DNA from: Methanobacteriota archaeon
GTDB lineage: Archaea > Thermoplasmatota > Thermoplasmata > SG8-5 > JAGLSY01
DNA: 64,000 nucleotides
Assembly: GCA_020696385.1 (NCBI GenBank)
Contig: JAEHCQ010000001.1
Coordinates: forward strand, 129,003-193,002
Direction: 5' to 3'
Part shown: piece after piece, positions 46,542-55,756 of the stretch
Numbering within the stretch: position 1 is the stretch's first letter
How the letters are laid out: every line of letters begins with the position of its first letter
The notes under the pieces: generated by a model
Databases searched by the model: none
The model's input: the letters and a program-made list of their open reading frames with translations, nothing else
What the model was told of the DNA's origin: nothing
Translations under genes and position numbers: made by a program

Positions 46542-47865
46542 TCCCGAATTTTGACAGCTCACGGCCTATACCACTATTCTTGATGCCGCCAAATGGAACT
46601 CGAGGATCAGACTTGGTTATGGAATTGATGAAGACAGTGCCAGACTCTATCCGACTGGCGATCGTCCTTCCTTTATCAAGGTTGCTGGTCCAGACACTAC
46701 CACCCAGGCCGAACTCCGTCATATTGGCGATCCTGATGGCCTCGTCCTCGTCCTTGAAGGATATTATCGGAGCAACTGGCCCGAATGCCTCCTCCTGCAT
46801 CACCCTCATATCCAGTGTGACATTCCCAAGAACTGTTGGAAGATAGAAGAAGCCATTGCCTTCCTGTTTACTACCTCCAGCAAGGATAGTCGCTCCCTTG
46901 TTCACAGCATCCTGCACCTGCCCATCCAGTTCATCAAGGGCAGATCTATCCACCATGGGGCCGATCTGTGTATCCTGATGCATTGGATCTCCAACCTTCA
47001 GATCATTGACCTTTTCTGCAAATTTAGTTGTAAATGATCCCAGAACGGATTCGTGAACGATGAAACGCTTGGCCGCGATACAGCTCTGGCCATTATTTAA
47101 CATTCGTCCGATAACCGCATTGGTAGCTGCTTTTTCAATATCCGCATCCTGCATGACGATGAAGGGGTCGGAGCCACCCAGTTCGAGAACCACTTTCTTC
47201 AAGTTCTGGCCAGCTGAGGATGCCACTAAACTTCCCGCGGTCGTGCTTCCAGTAAGCGACACGCCTTTGATGATATTCGAGTTCAGTAATGTGGACACAC
47301 TATCATGATCGGCGATTATTGTCCGAAATACATTATTTGGAAATCCTGCTTTCATGAAAGCGAACCTGATGGCCATGGCGCATCCGGGAACTGAATTGGA
47401 ATGTTTCAAAATAGAGACATTGCCGGCGAGTATAGTCGGAATAGCGAATCTCAGAGCCTGCCAGAAGGGGAAGTTCCAGGGCATGATGGACAATATCACA
47501 CCAAGTGGTTCGTATGAAACTTGGTGTGCCAGGCCATCGGCTTCAATATTCTCGGGCTTCAGCCATTCCTCCGCATTCTCGGCAAATACCTCGGCAGTCC
47601 AGGCGCATTTCTCCACCTCGGCCAGTGCTTGGGTAATGGGTTTCCCCATTTCCCTCACCATCAACCGTGAATATTCATCCTCATTCTCCCTCAGAACTTC
47701 AGCCAGCTTGAGGAAATACGGTATCCGGTCATTCAGAGGCATGTTTCGCCATGAGAGAAAGGCCTCATGGCAATCCTTCGATATCTGGGTGATCTCATCC
47801 ACAGTCATGGTGTCATATTCCCCCATGACGGAACCGGTCGTTGGATCGATGGTGTAGAACCTCAT
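46495..47865 (-). CDS. NAD(P)-dependent aldehyde dehydrogenase
   Basis: ALDH hallmarks: VVLELGGSDPFIV, the catalytic Cys region GQSCIAAKRFIV, and EEAFGPVAPI. Confidence 0.9.
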   Translation of the reverse strand: MRFYTIDPTTGSVMGEYDTMTVDEITQISKDCHEAFLSWRNMPLNDRIPYFLKLAEVLRENEDEYSRLMVREMGKPITQALAEVEKCAWTAEVFAENAEEWLKPENIEADGLAHQVSYEPLGVILSIMPWNFPFWQALRFAIPTILAGNVSILKHSNSVPGCAMAIRFAFMKAGFPNNVFRTIIADHDSVSTLLNSNIIKGVSLTGSTTAGSLVASSAGQNLKKVVLELGGSDPFIVMQDADIEKAATNAVIGRMLNNGQSCIAAKRFIVHESVLGSFTTKFAEKVNDLKVGDPMHQDTQIGPMVDRSALDELDGQVQDAVNKGATILAGGSKQEGNGFFYLPTVLGNVTLDMRVMQEEAFGPVAPIISFKDEDEAIRIANMTEFGLGGSVWTSNLDKGRTIASRIESGTVFINSITKSDPRVPFGGIKNSGIGRELSKFGIREFTNIKALNVYEA

Positions 47866-47973
47866 AGAACTGTAAATGTTCGTAATGATATATGAAATAC
47901 TCTATTCGTCTCATTAACCGAGATTTCATTCTTCAAATTATGGGTCGTATAACATCCTGATATGCGATATATT

Positions 47974-48414
47974 TCAAGATGGGTCGTATAACATCTTGAT
48001 ATGCTGGATGCCAGCCTCCAAGAACACATCTCCAACAGGCTTGAACCCAAGCTCGATATAGAAATCCCTGGCGATCAATTGCGCATTTCCACCAATGGGC
48101 ATGTCCGATCGGCATTGCAGTAGGATGGTCTCAACCATCCTCCTGCCCAGACCAAGGCCGCGATATTCTTTCAAGATCGCGATGCGCTCCACCTTCTGCA
48201 TATCCTTCAGTATGGACAATCTGCCCGCACCCACAGGTTTGCCATCAACCAGGCAAATAAAATGTGTGGACTTGTCCTCGAACTCATCATATTCGATCTC
48301 CTCTGGAACATCCTGCTCCTCGATGAAGACCTCTCGACGGATGCGGAGGACCATTTGTTTTTCATCAGTGTTCTGGATGGTCCTACAGATAATATCAGCA
48401 GCCACTGGCCTCAC
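47974..48414 (-). CDS. GNAT-family N-acetyltransferase
   Basis: RIAILKEYRGLGLGRRMVETIL (acetyl-CoA binding motif A, Q/RxxGxG/A). Confidence 0.8.
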   Translation of the reverse strand: MRPVAADIICRTIQNTDEKQMVLRIRREVFIEEQDVPEEIEYDEFEDKSTHFICLVDGKPVGAGRLSILKDMQKVERIAILKEYRGLGLGRRMVETILLQCRSDMPIGGNAQLIARDFYIELGFKPVGDVFLEAGIQHIKMLYDPS

Positions 48415-50402
48415 TTCCTTTTCATATACAATAAGGTCACGATACCGACCACGACCACAAGGACTATGATGATCCCCAGAGTGGATCCGGACTCGCCAAG
48501 TGAGCTTCTGGCAGGCTCGGTGGTGAAGGAGACGACCAGGCCATCCTTCAGTTGATTGCCCTGAAGGTCCATGGCCTCTGTTGACATTGTGACCACGTAG
48601 TATGTGAGATAGTCATAAGATGAGGATGGTATGAATGTCAGATCATTATCGGTCCATTGGAAGGTTCCGGTGACATTGTTGGATATTGTAAAGGCCTCTT
48701 CGACCGAGGTCCTGTTCATGGGCTCGGAGAAGGATATCTGGATAGTGGAATTGATAGCCACATCCATATCCCCATGCACCATATTTGTAGATACGATCTC
48801 GGGCGGGATAATATCTCCGAGGTCCGTGAAGACCACCAGGACATCGTCGTCGATCTCAACACTTCTTGGATTATCATCAAATGTCATATTCGGGCTCCAC
48901 ACTTCCACTTCCATGGTGTAATGGAAGAGGCCGGTTGAACTCACCCTGATCTTCTTGACCAGTAATGTCTCTGTAAAACCGAGAGCGTCGGTGGTGATAT
49001 TGTTGTTCTGAATTGTGGAAAGCTCTCTTACCTCGACAGTCGCGCTTTGAACGGGTTGGAGAGTGTAATTCTTCACCTGAACCTGGATACTGCCATATGA
49101 TACGAAATAACAATCATCGCCTGTCATCACCCTGGTCTCATTGACCGAGCCATTGTAAGATCTGGCATTCGAAGACTCTGCCAGATTCAGATCTCCATGA
49201 CGGGATGAATAGAATTTGGAATTGTAGACGTCGAAGGTGGAATTGACAGCGTAAACACCGTTCATATTGTAAGATATATTACAATTATCAATTATCACAT
49301 CATGGCAATCATAGAGGGTGATAGATCCCTGATTTGTGAGCAGGCCAGTGAAATTGGATTCTTGTCCCGAGCTCAATTGAACACCCTCAATCGTGGAGTC
49401 CTTGAGTCCGATATAATAAAGATCTTTGGCAGGAATCCCGTTGACTGAATTACCGCTCATGTTCAATACCACGTTCTTGGAATCATAAGGTATGTCGACA
49501 CCGACATCATTGAATTCCATACGATTGTTCGTGAATGTGGAGTTAGAGCCTATGAAACGCGTGCCGTTCCCCGCACAGGATCTTATCAGATTATCCTCGA
49601 TCAAAGGAGAACAGAAGAAGATGAATATCCCATCGTGGCAATGGCTGACAGTATTGTCCGCGATAATACTGGATGAATTCCAGGCAAGTATTCCAACAGC
49701 GCATAGCTCGATGAAATTATTCCGTATCTGGGCACCGGAATAAGCGATGATACCATGCCAGCAGGTGTTGATATGATTATCAAGTATGATTGGCATTGAT
49801 TTATTATCGCACAGGATCCCGGCAAAGAGCGAATTGTTCACATCACAATTCTGTATCAGGGGAGTGGAATTGGCTCCACAATAGATGGCGAAGAAATGGC
49901 TGTAAGCGATGATGGAATTGGTTATGACTGGAGAAGTTCCTTCCGAGCAATTCACGCCACCACTGGCAAATGATACATGCACTGTATCCAGAACGCAATC
50001 CTTGCTGGTCTCCATAAACACTATGCCTTCCCAATCCTGAGCAGCTGGGTTGGCCGAATCTGGTTTGAACCATATCTTATTGAATGGATTCAGTGGATCC
50101 TTACCGCGTGCGTCCAGAGTGCCAGCCACGTATAGCTTGGCACCCTTGCTGAATTTCATAACAACGCCAGTGTCAATGGTCAGATTAGCATCCACTTTTA
50201 TGACAATGCTATTCTTCACATTGTATGGGCTTCCGCCAATGTCCCAGGTGACTGATGAGGTTATATCATCAGTAATTATCGTACCGGGTTCGATAGCCCT
50301 TGTGCCATCGTCCATATCCACATCAGTGGGGATCTGGGAAGGTGGCAATTGCACTACCATGAATAGAACAAGCAATATGGCCATTATGCGGATGAAATTC
50401 AT
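48411..50402 (-). CDS. Secreted right-handed beta-helix (PbH1-repeat, NosD/pectate-lyase-like) surface protein with a C-terminal Ig-like domain and transmembrane anchor
   Basis: Signal peptide MNFIRIMAILLVLFMVVQLPPS. Repetitive N/G/I/C-rich coils (NSIIAYSHFFAIYCGANSTPLIQNCDVNNSLFAGILCDNKS...). C-terminal LGIIIVLVVVVGIVTLLYMKRK. Confidence 0.65.
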   Translation of the reverse strand: MNFIRIMAILLVLFMVVQLPPSQIPTDVDMDDGTRAIEPGTIITDDITSSVTWDIGGSPYNVKNSIVIKVDANLTIDTGVVMKFSKGAKLYVAGTLDARGKDPLNPFNKIWFKPDSANPAAQDWEGIVFMETSKDCVLDTVHVSFASGGVNCSEGTSPVITNSIIAYSHFFAIYCGANSTPLIQNCDVNNSLFAGILCDNKSMPIILDNHINTCWHGIIAYSGAQIRNNFIELCAVGILAWNSSSIIADNTVSHCHDGIFIFFCSPLIEDNLIRSCAGNGTRFIGSNSTFTNNRMEFNDVGVDIPYDSKNVVLNMSGNSVNGIPAKDLYYIGLKDSTIEGVQLSSGQESNFTGLLTNQGSITLYDCHDVIIDNCNISYNMNGVYAVNSTFDVYNSKFYSSRHGDLNLAESSNARSYNGSVNETRVMTGDDCYFVSYGSIQVQVKNYTLQPVQSATVEVRELSTIQNNNITTDALGFTETLLVKKIRVSSTGLFHYTMEVEVWSPNMTFDDNPRSVEIDDDVLVVFTDLGDIIPPEIVSTNMVHGDMDVAINSTIQISFSEPMNRTSVEEAFTISNNVTGTFQWTDNDLTFIPSSSYDYLTYYVVTMSTEAMDLQGNQLKDGLVVSFTTEPARSSLGESGSTLGIIIVLVVVVGIVTLLYMKRK

Positions 50403-50411
50403 ATGATCTGC

Positions 50412-51059
50412 TCATTTGTCAGTTTTTTTTGGTTTATCGTCGGCCTTTTCCACACGGGTTCTAAGCAATCCAGCTGCCCTGAGCTCTTTCCTCAGAGTCT
50501 CCACACCTGTGATGATGTCAGCTTCCTGCTTGGCACCGGTACATACGACCTTTCCTGATCCGAATAGAAGCATGACCACTTTTGGAACAGCGACCCTGTA
50601 CACAAGTCCCGGGAACTGCTCGGGCTCGTACTCCACCCTTTCCAATCCAAGAGTGATAGCTATCGCATTGAGGTTGAGATCGCTCTTCAGATCATAAACT
50701 GCGACGATGTTCTGGACTGTTATAACTGGTTCCTTGATGATTCCAGCCATGCCAGCATCTTCCAGCTTCTTACTCACTGTCTTGATAGTGGTCTGCACGC
50801 TCTTGATGGTCTTGGCTCCTGTACAATTTGCCTTACCGCTTCTGAAAAGTAGTATTGCTGTCTTCTCTGATTTCAGCCTGTAAACGAGACCAGGAAACTG
50901 CTCGGGCTCGTATTCCGCTCCTTCCAATGCAAGAGCGACTGCTGTGAGATCCAGCTTTTCTGCCAATACTGTCGAAGCAACGATGTTTTCGACGCTGACA
51001 TCGGTCGTCTGCACTTTCTTTGAATCCGCTTTCTTTGAATCTGATTTCTTTGCTGCCAT
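50412..51059 (-). CDS. tbp: TATA-box-binding protein
   Basis: Two direct repeats with EQFPGLVYR...LLFRSGKANCTGAK / LLFGSGKVVCTGAK, and a basic N-terminal extension. Confidence 0.95.
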   Translation of the reverse strand: MAAKKSDSKKADSKKVQTTDVSVENIVASTVLAEKLDLTAVALALEGAEYEPEQFPGLVYRLKSEKTAILLFRSGKANCTGAKTIKSVQTTIKTVSKKLEDAGMAGIIKEPVITVQNIVAVYDLKSDLNLNAIAITLGLERVEYEPEQFPGLVYRVAVPKVVMLLFGSGKVVCTGAKQEADIITGVETLRKELRAAGLLRTRVEKADDKPKKTDK

Positions 51060-51074
51060 TTTTAAACTCCCCTT

Positions 51075-51107
51075 ACTTTATATACTCTTTATATAGTCTT
51101 TATATAC
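51075..51107 (-). promoter_or_regulatory. Three tandem copies of TCTTTATATA(C/G) (TATA-box-like) 16-48 bp upstream of the tbp start codon
   Basis: CTTTATATAC TCTTTATATAG TCTTTATATAC seen directly. On the tbp strand this reads TATATAAAG three times. Confidence 0.6.
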
Positions 51108-51235
51108 TAATTTATCACGCGAGATAGTCTTACTGTTTAAATAGTATTTGGTTCAAAGTCCATATTTTGAATAATTGTACAATGCTCAAATCCAGGCCAA
51201 AATCTTGAAGTGTGTTGGGCCATTATACCTCGGCA

Positions 51236-51871
51236 ATGAAAGCAGTTATATTCGATCTGGATGGCACTCTATTGGACTCACGCCAAACCATAAGGCGTTG
51301 CCTCAATGCCGCGATAATGGAGTTTGGGGAAGAGCCATTTGAGGGGGAGGATCTGAAACAACTTATTGGCAGACACCTGATGGAGATCCTGGCCCTGAAA
51401 GGTCTGGGAACCGAAGAAGTTGCCGAAAGATATAGGCAGATCCAGATGGACACGTACCATCTGGACATGAAGATGTATGAAGGTGTGGTGCAGATGCTGG
51501 ATGCTCTGAAGGTGAATGGCCTATCACTGGGAGTGGCCACCATGAGAAATGGCCGAATTACAAGGGACATATTGGATGGTATCGAGATCGGCCATTATTT
51601 CAATGCCACTGTTGGAGTGGATGAGGCGGAGAGACCGAAACCAGAGCCGGATCAGGTTATAGAGGCCTGTAAGCTTCTGGGTGTGAGGGAAAAGGATTCG
51701 GCAATGGTAGGGGACACGGTCATGGATATCAAGTCTGGCAAAGCGGCTGGATGTATCGCGATCGGGGTCTCATGGGGGAATGGAAATGCACAGGACCTCG
51801 AAGATGCAGGCGCTGACCACATTTGTAATTCGATGAAGGAATTGGAGCAATTGCTTCTTGGCTTGATCTAA
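51236..51871 (+). CDS. HAD-superfamily hydrolase (phosphoglycolate phosphatase-like)
   Basis: MKAVIFDLDGTLLDS (motif I DxDGT). VGDTVMDIKSGKAAG (motif III/IV). The start is moved to the ATG at 51236; the track begins at 51212. Confidence 0.8.
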   Translation: MKAVIFDLDGTLLDSRQTIRRCLNAAIMEFGEEPFEGEDLKQLIGRHLMEILALKGLGTEEVAERYRQIQMDTYHLDMKMYEGVVQMLDALKVNGLSLGVATMRNGRITRDILDGIEIGHYFNATVGVDEAERPKPEPDQVIEACKLLGVREKDSAMVGDTVMDIKSGKAAGCIAIGVSWGNGNAQDLEDAGADHICNSMKELEQLLLGLI

Positions 51872-51911
51872 TATTATGTGTTATTGATCGATGATTTTTG
51901 CTTTGTCAAAT

Positions 51912-51955
51912 TTAAAAAAAAGGTGGGGCAGACGAACTGCCCCAAAGATTTTTGG
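51912..51955. terminator. Bidirectional hairpin terminator between the convergent HAD and ftsZ genes
   Basis: AAAAAAAAGGT-GGGGCAG-acgaa-CTGCCCC-AAAGATTTTTGG: a 7-bp GC stem flanked by an A-run and a T-run. Confidence 0.6.
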
Positions 51956-52082
51956 ATAGGTTGATCCTGAATGCTCTGTTTTGGCCAGATCCAGGATATT
52001 CTGAATCTGGCTCGGGCTGGAGTATGGGCGATTTTTTGAGTATGGTCGATTTACTGGCCATACTCATTATCTAGTTACATTC

Positions 52083-53129
52083 TCAGGTGATCATCGGTAT
52101 CGAGTACTGCGTCACCTGTGTTTGTTCGGACTGCATGGTCATGTAGGGGTCGGAGAATTCCACACCATTTACCACGGACATTATCTTTACCTCTCCGTGA
52201 TAATCATCATCGATCCTGGCACCGAATATCACATTGGCATCGGGTCCCATGAATTCCGTCATCCCGCTGATTATATCATTGGTCTGCTTCACAGTCAGAT
52301 CAGGTCCAGAGGTTATGTGTATGAAGGTACTGGAAGCACCTGAATAATCAACATTCAGAAGAGGATTGCTCAAAGCCTCGGCGACCACGGACATATGATC
52401 ATTGGAGGAATTTTCCGCATAGAGAATGGTGGATGTTCCGCCACAGCTCATTACAGTGCGAAGATCTGCAAAGTCCAGGTTTATCATGGAGGGTTTTAGT
52501 ATTGCATCACTTATGCTCTTAATGGTCTCGGATATAAGCTGGTCCATGACACTGAAGGCCTGACCAATTGGCAAGGAAGGTACCATTGTCAATAATCTAT
52601 TATTATCCATTATGATCGTACTATCAGTGGCTTGTTTCAGCTTGTCAATACCGATCATGGCTTTCTGCCTTCGACCTTTCTCAGCATCAAAAGGCGTTGT
52701 CACCATTCCGATAACGACTGAACCCATTTCCTTCGCGATCTGCGCCACGACCGGTGCTGATCCTGTTCCGGTTCCGCCGCCCATACCCGCTGTAATGAAG
52801 GTTATATCCGCTCCTTCTAGGAGTCTTGCGATCTCATCTCTGGCCTCTTCTGCACAATACTCACCAACCTCTGGATGTCCACCTGCGCCTCGGCCCTTCG
52901 TGGTCTTGCGACCAATAAGGAGCTTTTTGTCGGCGAAGATGGTCTTGAGGTGTGCCTCATCGGTGTTGATGGCAATGGTCTCGGCTCCGTGAACACCAAG
53001 ACGTCCCAGTCTGTCCAGACTGTTATTGCCACCACCGCCGCAGCCAACCACCACTATCCTGGGGTCAGCTATGAGTTGCTCCATCGGCGAGGAGTACTGC
53101 AATGCATCGTCTACTATTTTTAATCCCAT
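52083..53129 (-). CDS. ftsZ: Cell division GTPase FtsZ
   Basis: VVGCGGGGNNSL, GAGGHPEVG, the tubulin signature ITAGMGGGTGTGSAPVVA, and NTDEAHL. The preferred start is MGLKIVDD at 53129. The track ORF extends to 53225 through a non-conserved leader. Confidence 0.9.
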   Translation of the reverse strand: MGLKIVDDALQYSSPMEQLIADPRIVVVGCGGGGNNSLDRLGRLGVHGAETIAINTDEAHLKTIFADKKLLIGRKTTKGRGAGGHPEVGEYCAEEARDEIARLLEGADITFITAGMGGGTGTGSAPVVAQIAKEMGSVVIGMVTTPFDAEKGRRQKAMIGIDKLKQATDSTIIMDNNRLLTMVPSLPIGQAFSVMDQLISETIKSISDAILKPSMINLDFADLRTVMSCGGTSTILYAENSSNDHMSVVAEALSNPLLNVDYSGASSTFIHITSGPDLTVKQTNDIISGMTEFMGPDANVIFGARIDDDYHGEVKIMSVVNGVEFSDPYMTMQSEQTQVTQYSIPMIT

Positions 53130-53220
53130 ATTTATCCATCCTGTTTGGAGCAGTAATTTTAGATAGGAAGCCCCGGAGGGAGCCCTAACTATGATAAAGT
53201 GCATTTCCAATCGCCTTCGT

Positions 53221-53247
53221 ATCACTAGCGATTAGAAGAACTAACAG
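53221..53247. promoter_or_regulatory. Palindrome-containing 27-bp direct repeat, copy A (ATCACTAGCGATTAGAAGAACTAACA)
   Basis: The core ATCACTAGCGAT is a 10/12 palindrome centred on CTAG. It lies about 95 bp upstream of the ftsZ start. Confidence 0.5.
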
Positions 53248-53465
53248 ATCCCAGTTCATATATCTGGCAAGTGCTCGTTCAATGAGAAGGTGTACTGCTC
53301 CGTAGCACCTTTTCGTGCATCCCATTCGAGAAAATTCTGTGCGGGTCTTTGGCGACCCTTGATAGAGTTTTCTCGTCCCTGATCCAATACCCTATCCCTA
53401 TGATATTGGACCCTGACAAGACTATGTTTCCCTTCGCCTATTTTTCTAATCGCCTCGGTTCTTAA

Positions 53466-53492
53466 TATCACTAGCGATTAGTTGAACTAACA
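53466..53492. promoter_or_regulatory. Palindrome-containing 27-bp direct repeat, copy B (ATCACTAGCGATTAGTTGAACTAACA)
   Basis: 25/27 identical to copy A and 245 bp from it, just downstream of the RHH gene stop. A third partial copy, TATCACTAGCGTTATTGTTG, is at 54085..54104. Confidence 0.5.
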
Positions 53493-53525
53493 CACATCCA
53501 GTTATCTTATCAACCGAGTGTTTGT

Positions 53526-53849
53526 TCAAGGTTCCTGTGAATCCTGCTCGATGGTTCTTCGAAGCTTCATGCGGACATAGTCACGCACGGCATTACGGAC
53601 CGCGTCGTCCACGGAGATAGCGTCTCCGTCGTGAACGAGCTCTTCGAGCTTGACCACATTTCCCTTAGGCAGTTCGACTGTCATTCGAGTTATGTGCTCC
53701 GGTGTGATATGCGTTTCAACGAATTCATCGATGGCGGCCCGGACCACGTCGGATATATTGGTGTACTGGCCCTTGTCAATTAGTATCTGTAGGGCTTCTA
53801 ATTTATCCACGGGTATCCTGACTGTCACTCTCTCTGATTCTTTTGCCAT
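53526..53849 (-). CDS. Tandem ribbon-helix-helix (CopG/Arc/MetJ-type) DNA-binding protein upstream of ftsZ (CdrS/CdrL-like position)
   Basis: From the ATG at 53849 (preceded by AGGTG): MAKESERVTVRIPVDKLEALQILIDKGQYTNISDVVRAAIDEFV (a beta-strand then two helices) and a second copy, MTVELPKGNVVKLEELVHDGDAISVDDAVRNAVRDYV. The track ORF runs to 53954. Confidence 0.65.
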   Translation of the reverse strand: MAKESERVTVRIPVDKLEALQILIDKGQYTNISDVVRAAIDEFVETHITPEHITRMTVELPKGNVVKLEELVHDGDAISVDDAVRNAVRDYVRMKLRRTIEQDSQEP

Positions 53850-53965
53850 GATCGCACCTAGTTTTTCGCCTTGTCGGACAAATTTATCGTTTCTGTCCGA
53901 CAGGTATATGACAAAGAAAGTATATAAAGTCTTCGGGGAGAGTGCATTGTTCACTTATTGTTGGT

Positions 53966-54047
53966 CGAAACCTCTATAAGGACAGATGGCGATTCACTTA
54001 GGCAAGCGTAGTCATGCCCCATAGTGAAGTCTGGCTACCTAGTAAAA
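53966..54047 (+). promoter_or_regulatory. Conserved BRE/TATA-like promoter plus leader module, copy 1 (CGAAACCTCTATAAGGACAGATGGCGATTCACTTAGGCAAGCG...)
   Basis: Shares the core CGAAA(A/C)CTCTATAAG(G/A)(A/G)CA..(T/G)GG(C/A)GATTC(A/G)CTTAGGCAAG with modules 2-5; module 6 is more degenerate. It lies directly upstream of small gene 1. Copies 1 and 2 are near-identical over about 85 bp. Confidence 0.6.
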
Positions 54048-54614
54048 ATGGTGGAAGAGATGGAAAAGAAAATTGTAACAGTAATTATCACTAGCGTTAT
54101 TGTTGTATTACTAATGTCCATCATTTTCTATGTGATAATACCTGATAATTCTGAACCAATAGAGCAGATATATGAACCAAAATGGACTAAAGCTGATTTT
54201 GAACAGCCCGGATTTATCATTCAAAATATTTCAGAAGGGCATTGTATCATCCATTATTATCTGTCATATTCATATTCTCCCAATAGGCTTCAACAATTAT
54301 TTGATTATCATGAAGAATTTGAGAATCAAACAACAATAATATGGATAGATGAGCTTCGGGATTCTGGTTACTTCGAAACAGCTGATTATTATTGTGAGAA
54401 TTATAGTGATATTCATTATAATGTTGGATTGTGTGTTGTAATAACCAGCGTATATAATATCGAATACAATGAGACTGTATATTATTACAAAACCTTTCGC
54501 CAGATAGATTATGAAAATATTGAAGATGGATATCAAAAGGGATTGACGGATATTCAGAAAGGTGTTCAAGAGGCTATCGATATACACAATGGTATTATTC
54601 CACCACCTGAATAG
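54048..54614 (+). CDS. Small type-II membrane protein (N-terminal transmembrane helix, Cys/Tyr-rich extracytoplasmic domain), unknown function; first gene of the six-gene array
   Basis: MVEEMEKKIVTVIITSVIVVLLMSIIFYVII then a 150-aa soluble domain. The track begins at a GTG (54024) inside the conserved upstream module, so I prefer the ATG at 54048. Confidence 0.55.
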   Translation: MVEEMEKKIVTVIITSVIVVLLMSIIFYVIIPDNSEPIEQIYEPKWTKADFEQPGFIIQNISEGHCIIHYYLSYSYSPNRLQQLFDYHEEFENQTTIIWIDELRDSGYFETADYYCENYSDIHYNVGLCVVITSVYNIEYNETVYYYKTFRQIDYENIEDGYQKGLTDIQKGVQEAIDIHNGIIPPPE

Positions 54615-54640
54615 AGCCAGTCCGCCCCGAGTAAGGGGGA

Positions 54641-54736
54641 CGAAACCTCTATAAGGGCAAGGGGCGATTCACTTAGGCAAGCGTAGTCATGCCCCCGTAG
54701 AAAGTCTGGCTACCTAGTAATAATGGAAGAGAGAAT
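54641..54736 (+). promoter_or_regulatory. Conserved promoter/leader module, copy 2
   Basis: CGAAACCTCTATAAGGGCAAGGGGCGATTCACTTAGGCAAGCGTAGTCATGCCCCCGTAGAAAGTCTGGCTACCTAGTAATA. Confidence 0.6.
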
Positions 54737-55381
54737 ATGGAAAGACCTATTCTGAAAAAAATAGTCGCAATAGTCATAATTCTAATTGTTTCCATTTTAA
54801 CTCTTGAAGCATCACTTTATTATTATTCTGATTATATTGAAGAGAAGGAATATCGAGAAGAAATAGAAGCCCGTGATCCAATTGGCCTGGATTATGTGTG
54901 TTTGACAAATACACATGGAGTCATGCCTGAAATATTTGTAGTTTATGAAGATGGGACATATTACGACCTCATAATTGACGATATTGTTAGCCAATATTAT
55001 GAACCAGAATATCAGATAACTACACAAAATGAATGTGAAGCAGTGTTGAATGATTTAGATGTACAAATGGGCACACCTTGGCTTGATGATTTTGCGAATC
55101 ACACATATTTTATGAAAGCTAAGAAAGGGATTCTTGAGAATTATACTGGCTTATTTAACAATAGTAAGATGGTTGAGGAGTTTGTAAACTGTGAAAACGG
55201 TTACTCATTATCCGCATCTCATGATGTGGGCTGGCACTCTATTGGGATACGAATGAACAATACAGTTCATAATGTTTCTCTATATGGTGGAGGAGGACCT
55301 AACGCTTTTGAATATTATTATCAGATTATGGATAACTTATGGTATGAGCATAGTTTTATTAGCCAAAAAGAGTACGAATGA
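54737..55381 (+). CDS. Small type-II membrane protein, unknown function (second gene of the array)
   Basis: MERPILKKIVAIVIILIVSILTLEASLYYY (a transmembrane helix) then a 180-aa Cys-containing soluble domain. Confidence 0.55.
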   Translation: MERPILKKIVAIVIILIVSILTLEASLYYYSDYIEEKEYREEIEARDPIGLDYVCLTNTHGVMPEIFVVYEDGTYYDLIIDDIVSQYYEPEYQITTQNECEAVLNDLDVQMGTPWLDDFANHTYFMKAKKGILENYTGLFNNSKMVEEFVNCENGYSLSASHDVGWHSIGIRMNNTVHNVSLYGGGGPNAFEYYYQIMDNLWYEHSFISQKEYE

Positions 55382-55429
55382 GGCCTTGAAACCCAATACA
55401 AGCCAGTTTGCTTCGAGTAGGGGATTGGA

Positions 55430-55476
55430 CGAAAACTCTATAAGGGCAGTTGGCGATTCACTAAGGGAGCGAGTGG
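55430..55476 (+). promoter_or_regulatory. Conserved promoter/leader module, copy 3
   Basis: CGAAAACTCTATAAGGGCAGTTGGCGATTCACTAAGGGAGCGAGTGG before the ATG at 55477. Confidence 0.55.
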
Positions 55477-55677
55477 ATGGAAGAGAAAATCGACAATGAT
55501 AAAACATTTCGAAAGTACAAAATCTATATGTCTATAATCTGTTATTTACTCGCATTTGGACTGTTTGTAATTTCTTATTATACCGATTATGTAATTATCG
55601 AATTAGCAATATTTTCTTTATTTTTTATTATATCTGGCACTGCGATATTTTTATCGATTAAATATGATATCTTATGA
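55477..55677 (+). CDS. 66-aa two-transmembrane small membrane protein (array gene 3)
   Basis: MEEKIDNDKTFRKYKIYMSIICYLLAFGLFVISYYTDYVIIELAIFSLFFIISGTAIFLSIKYDIL. Confidence 0.5.
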   Translation: MEEKIDNDKTFRKYKIYMSIICYLLAFGLFVISYYTDYVIIELAIFSLFFIISGTAIFLSIKYDIL

Positions 55678-55689
55678 ACAAGTGACTCA

Positions 55690-55756
55690 TGAATGCCTCG
55701 CCCGAAACCTCTATAAGGACAATGGACGATTCGCTTAGGCAAGTGGAGGGGTGTGA
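55690..55756 (+). promoter_or_regulatory. Conserved promoter/leader module, copy 4 (with the upstream GAATGCCTCGCCC block)
   Basis: GAATGCCTCGCCCGAAACCTCTATAAGGACAATGGACGATTCGCTTAGGCAAGTGGAGGGGTGTGA. Confidence 0.55.

Noticed and set aside
53256-53471. 71-aa minus-strand ORF between the two 27-bp direct repeats, and the idea that the repeats flank a small mobile insertion
   Set aside because: The ORF has no recognisable features and lies in what is more simply the RHH-ftsZ intergenic regulatory region. A direct-repeat-flanked miniature element cannot be excluded, but there are no terminal inverted repeats and no transposase.
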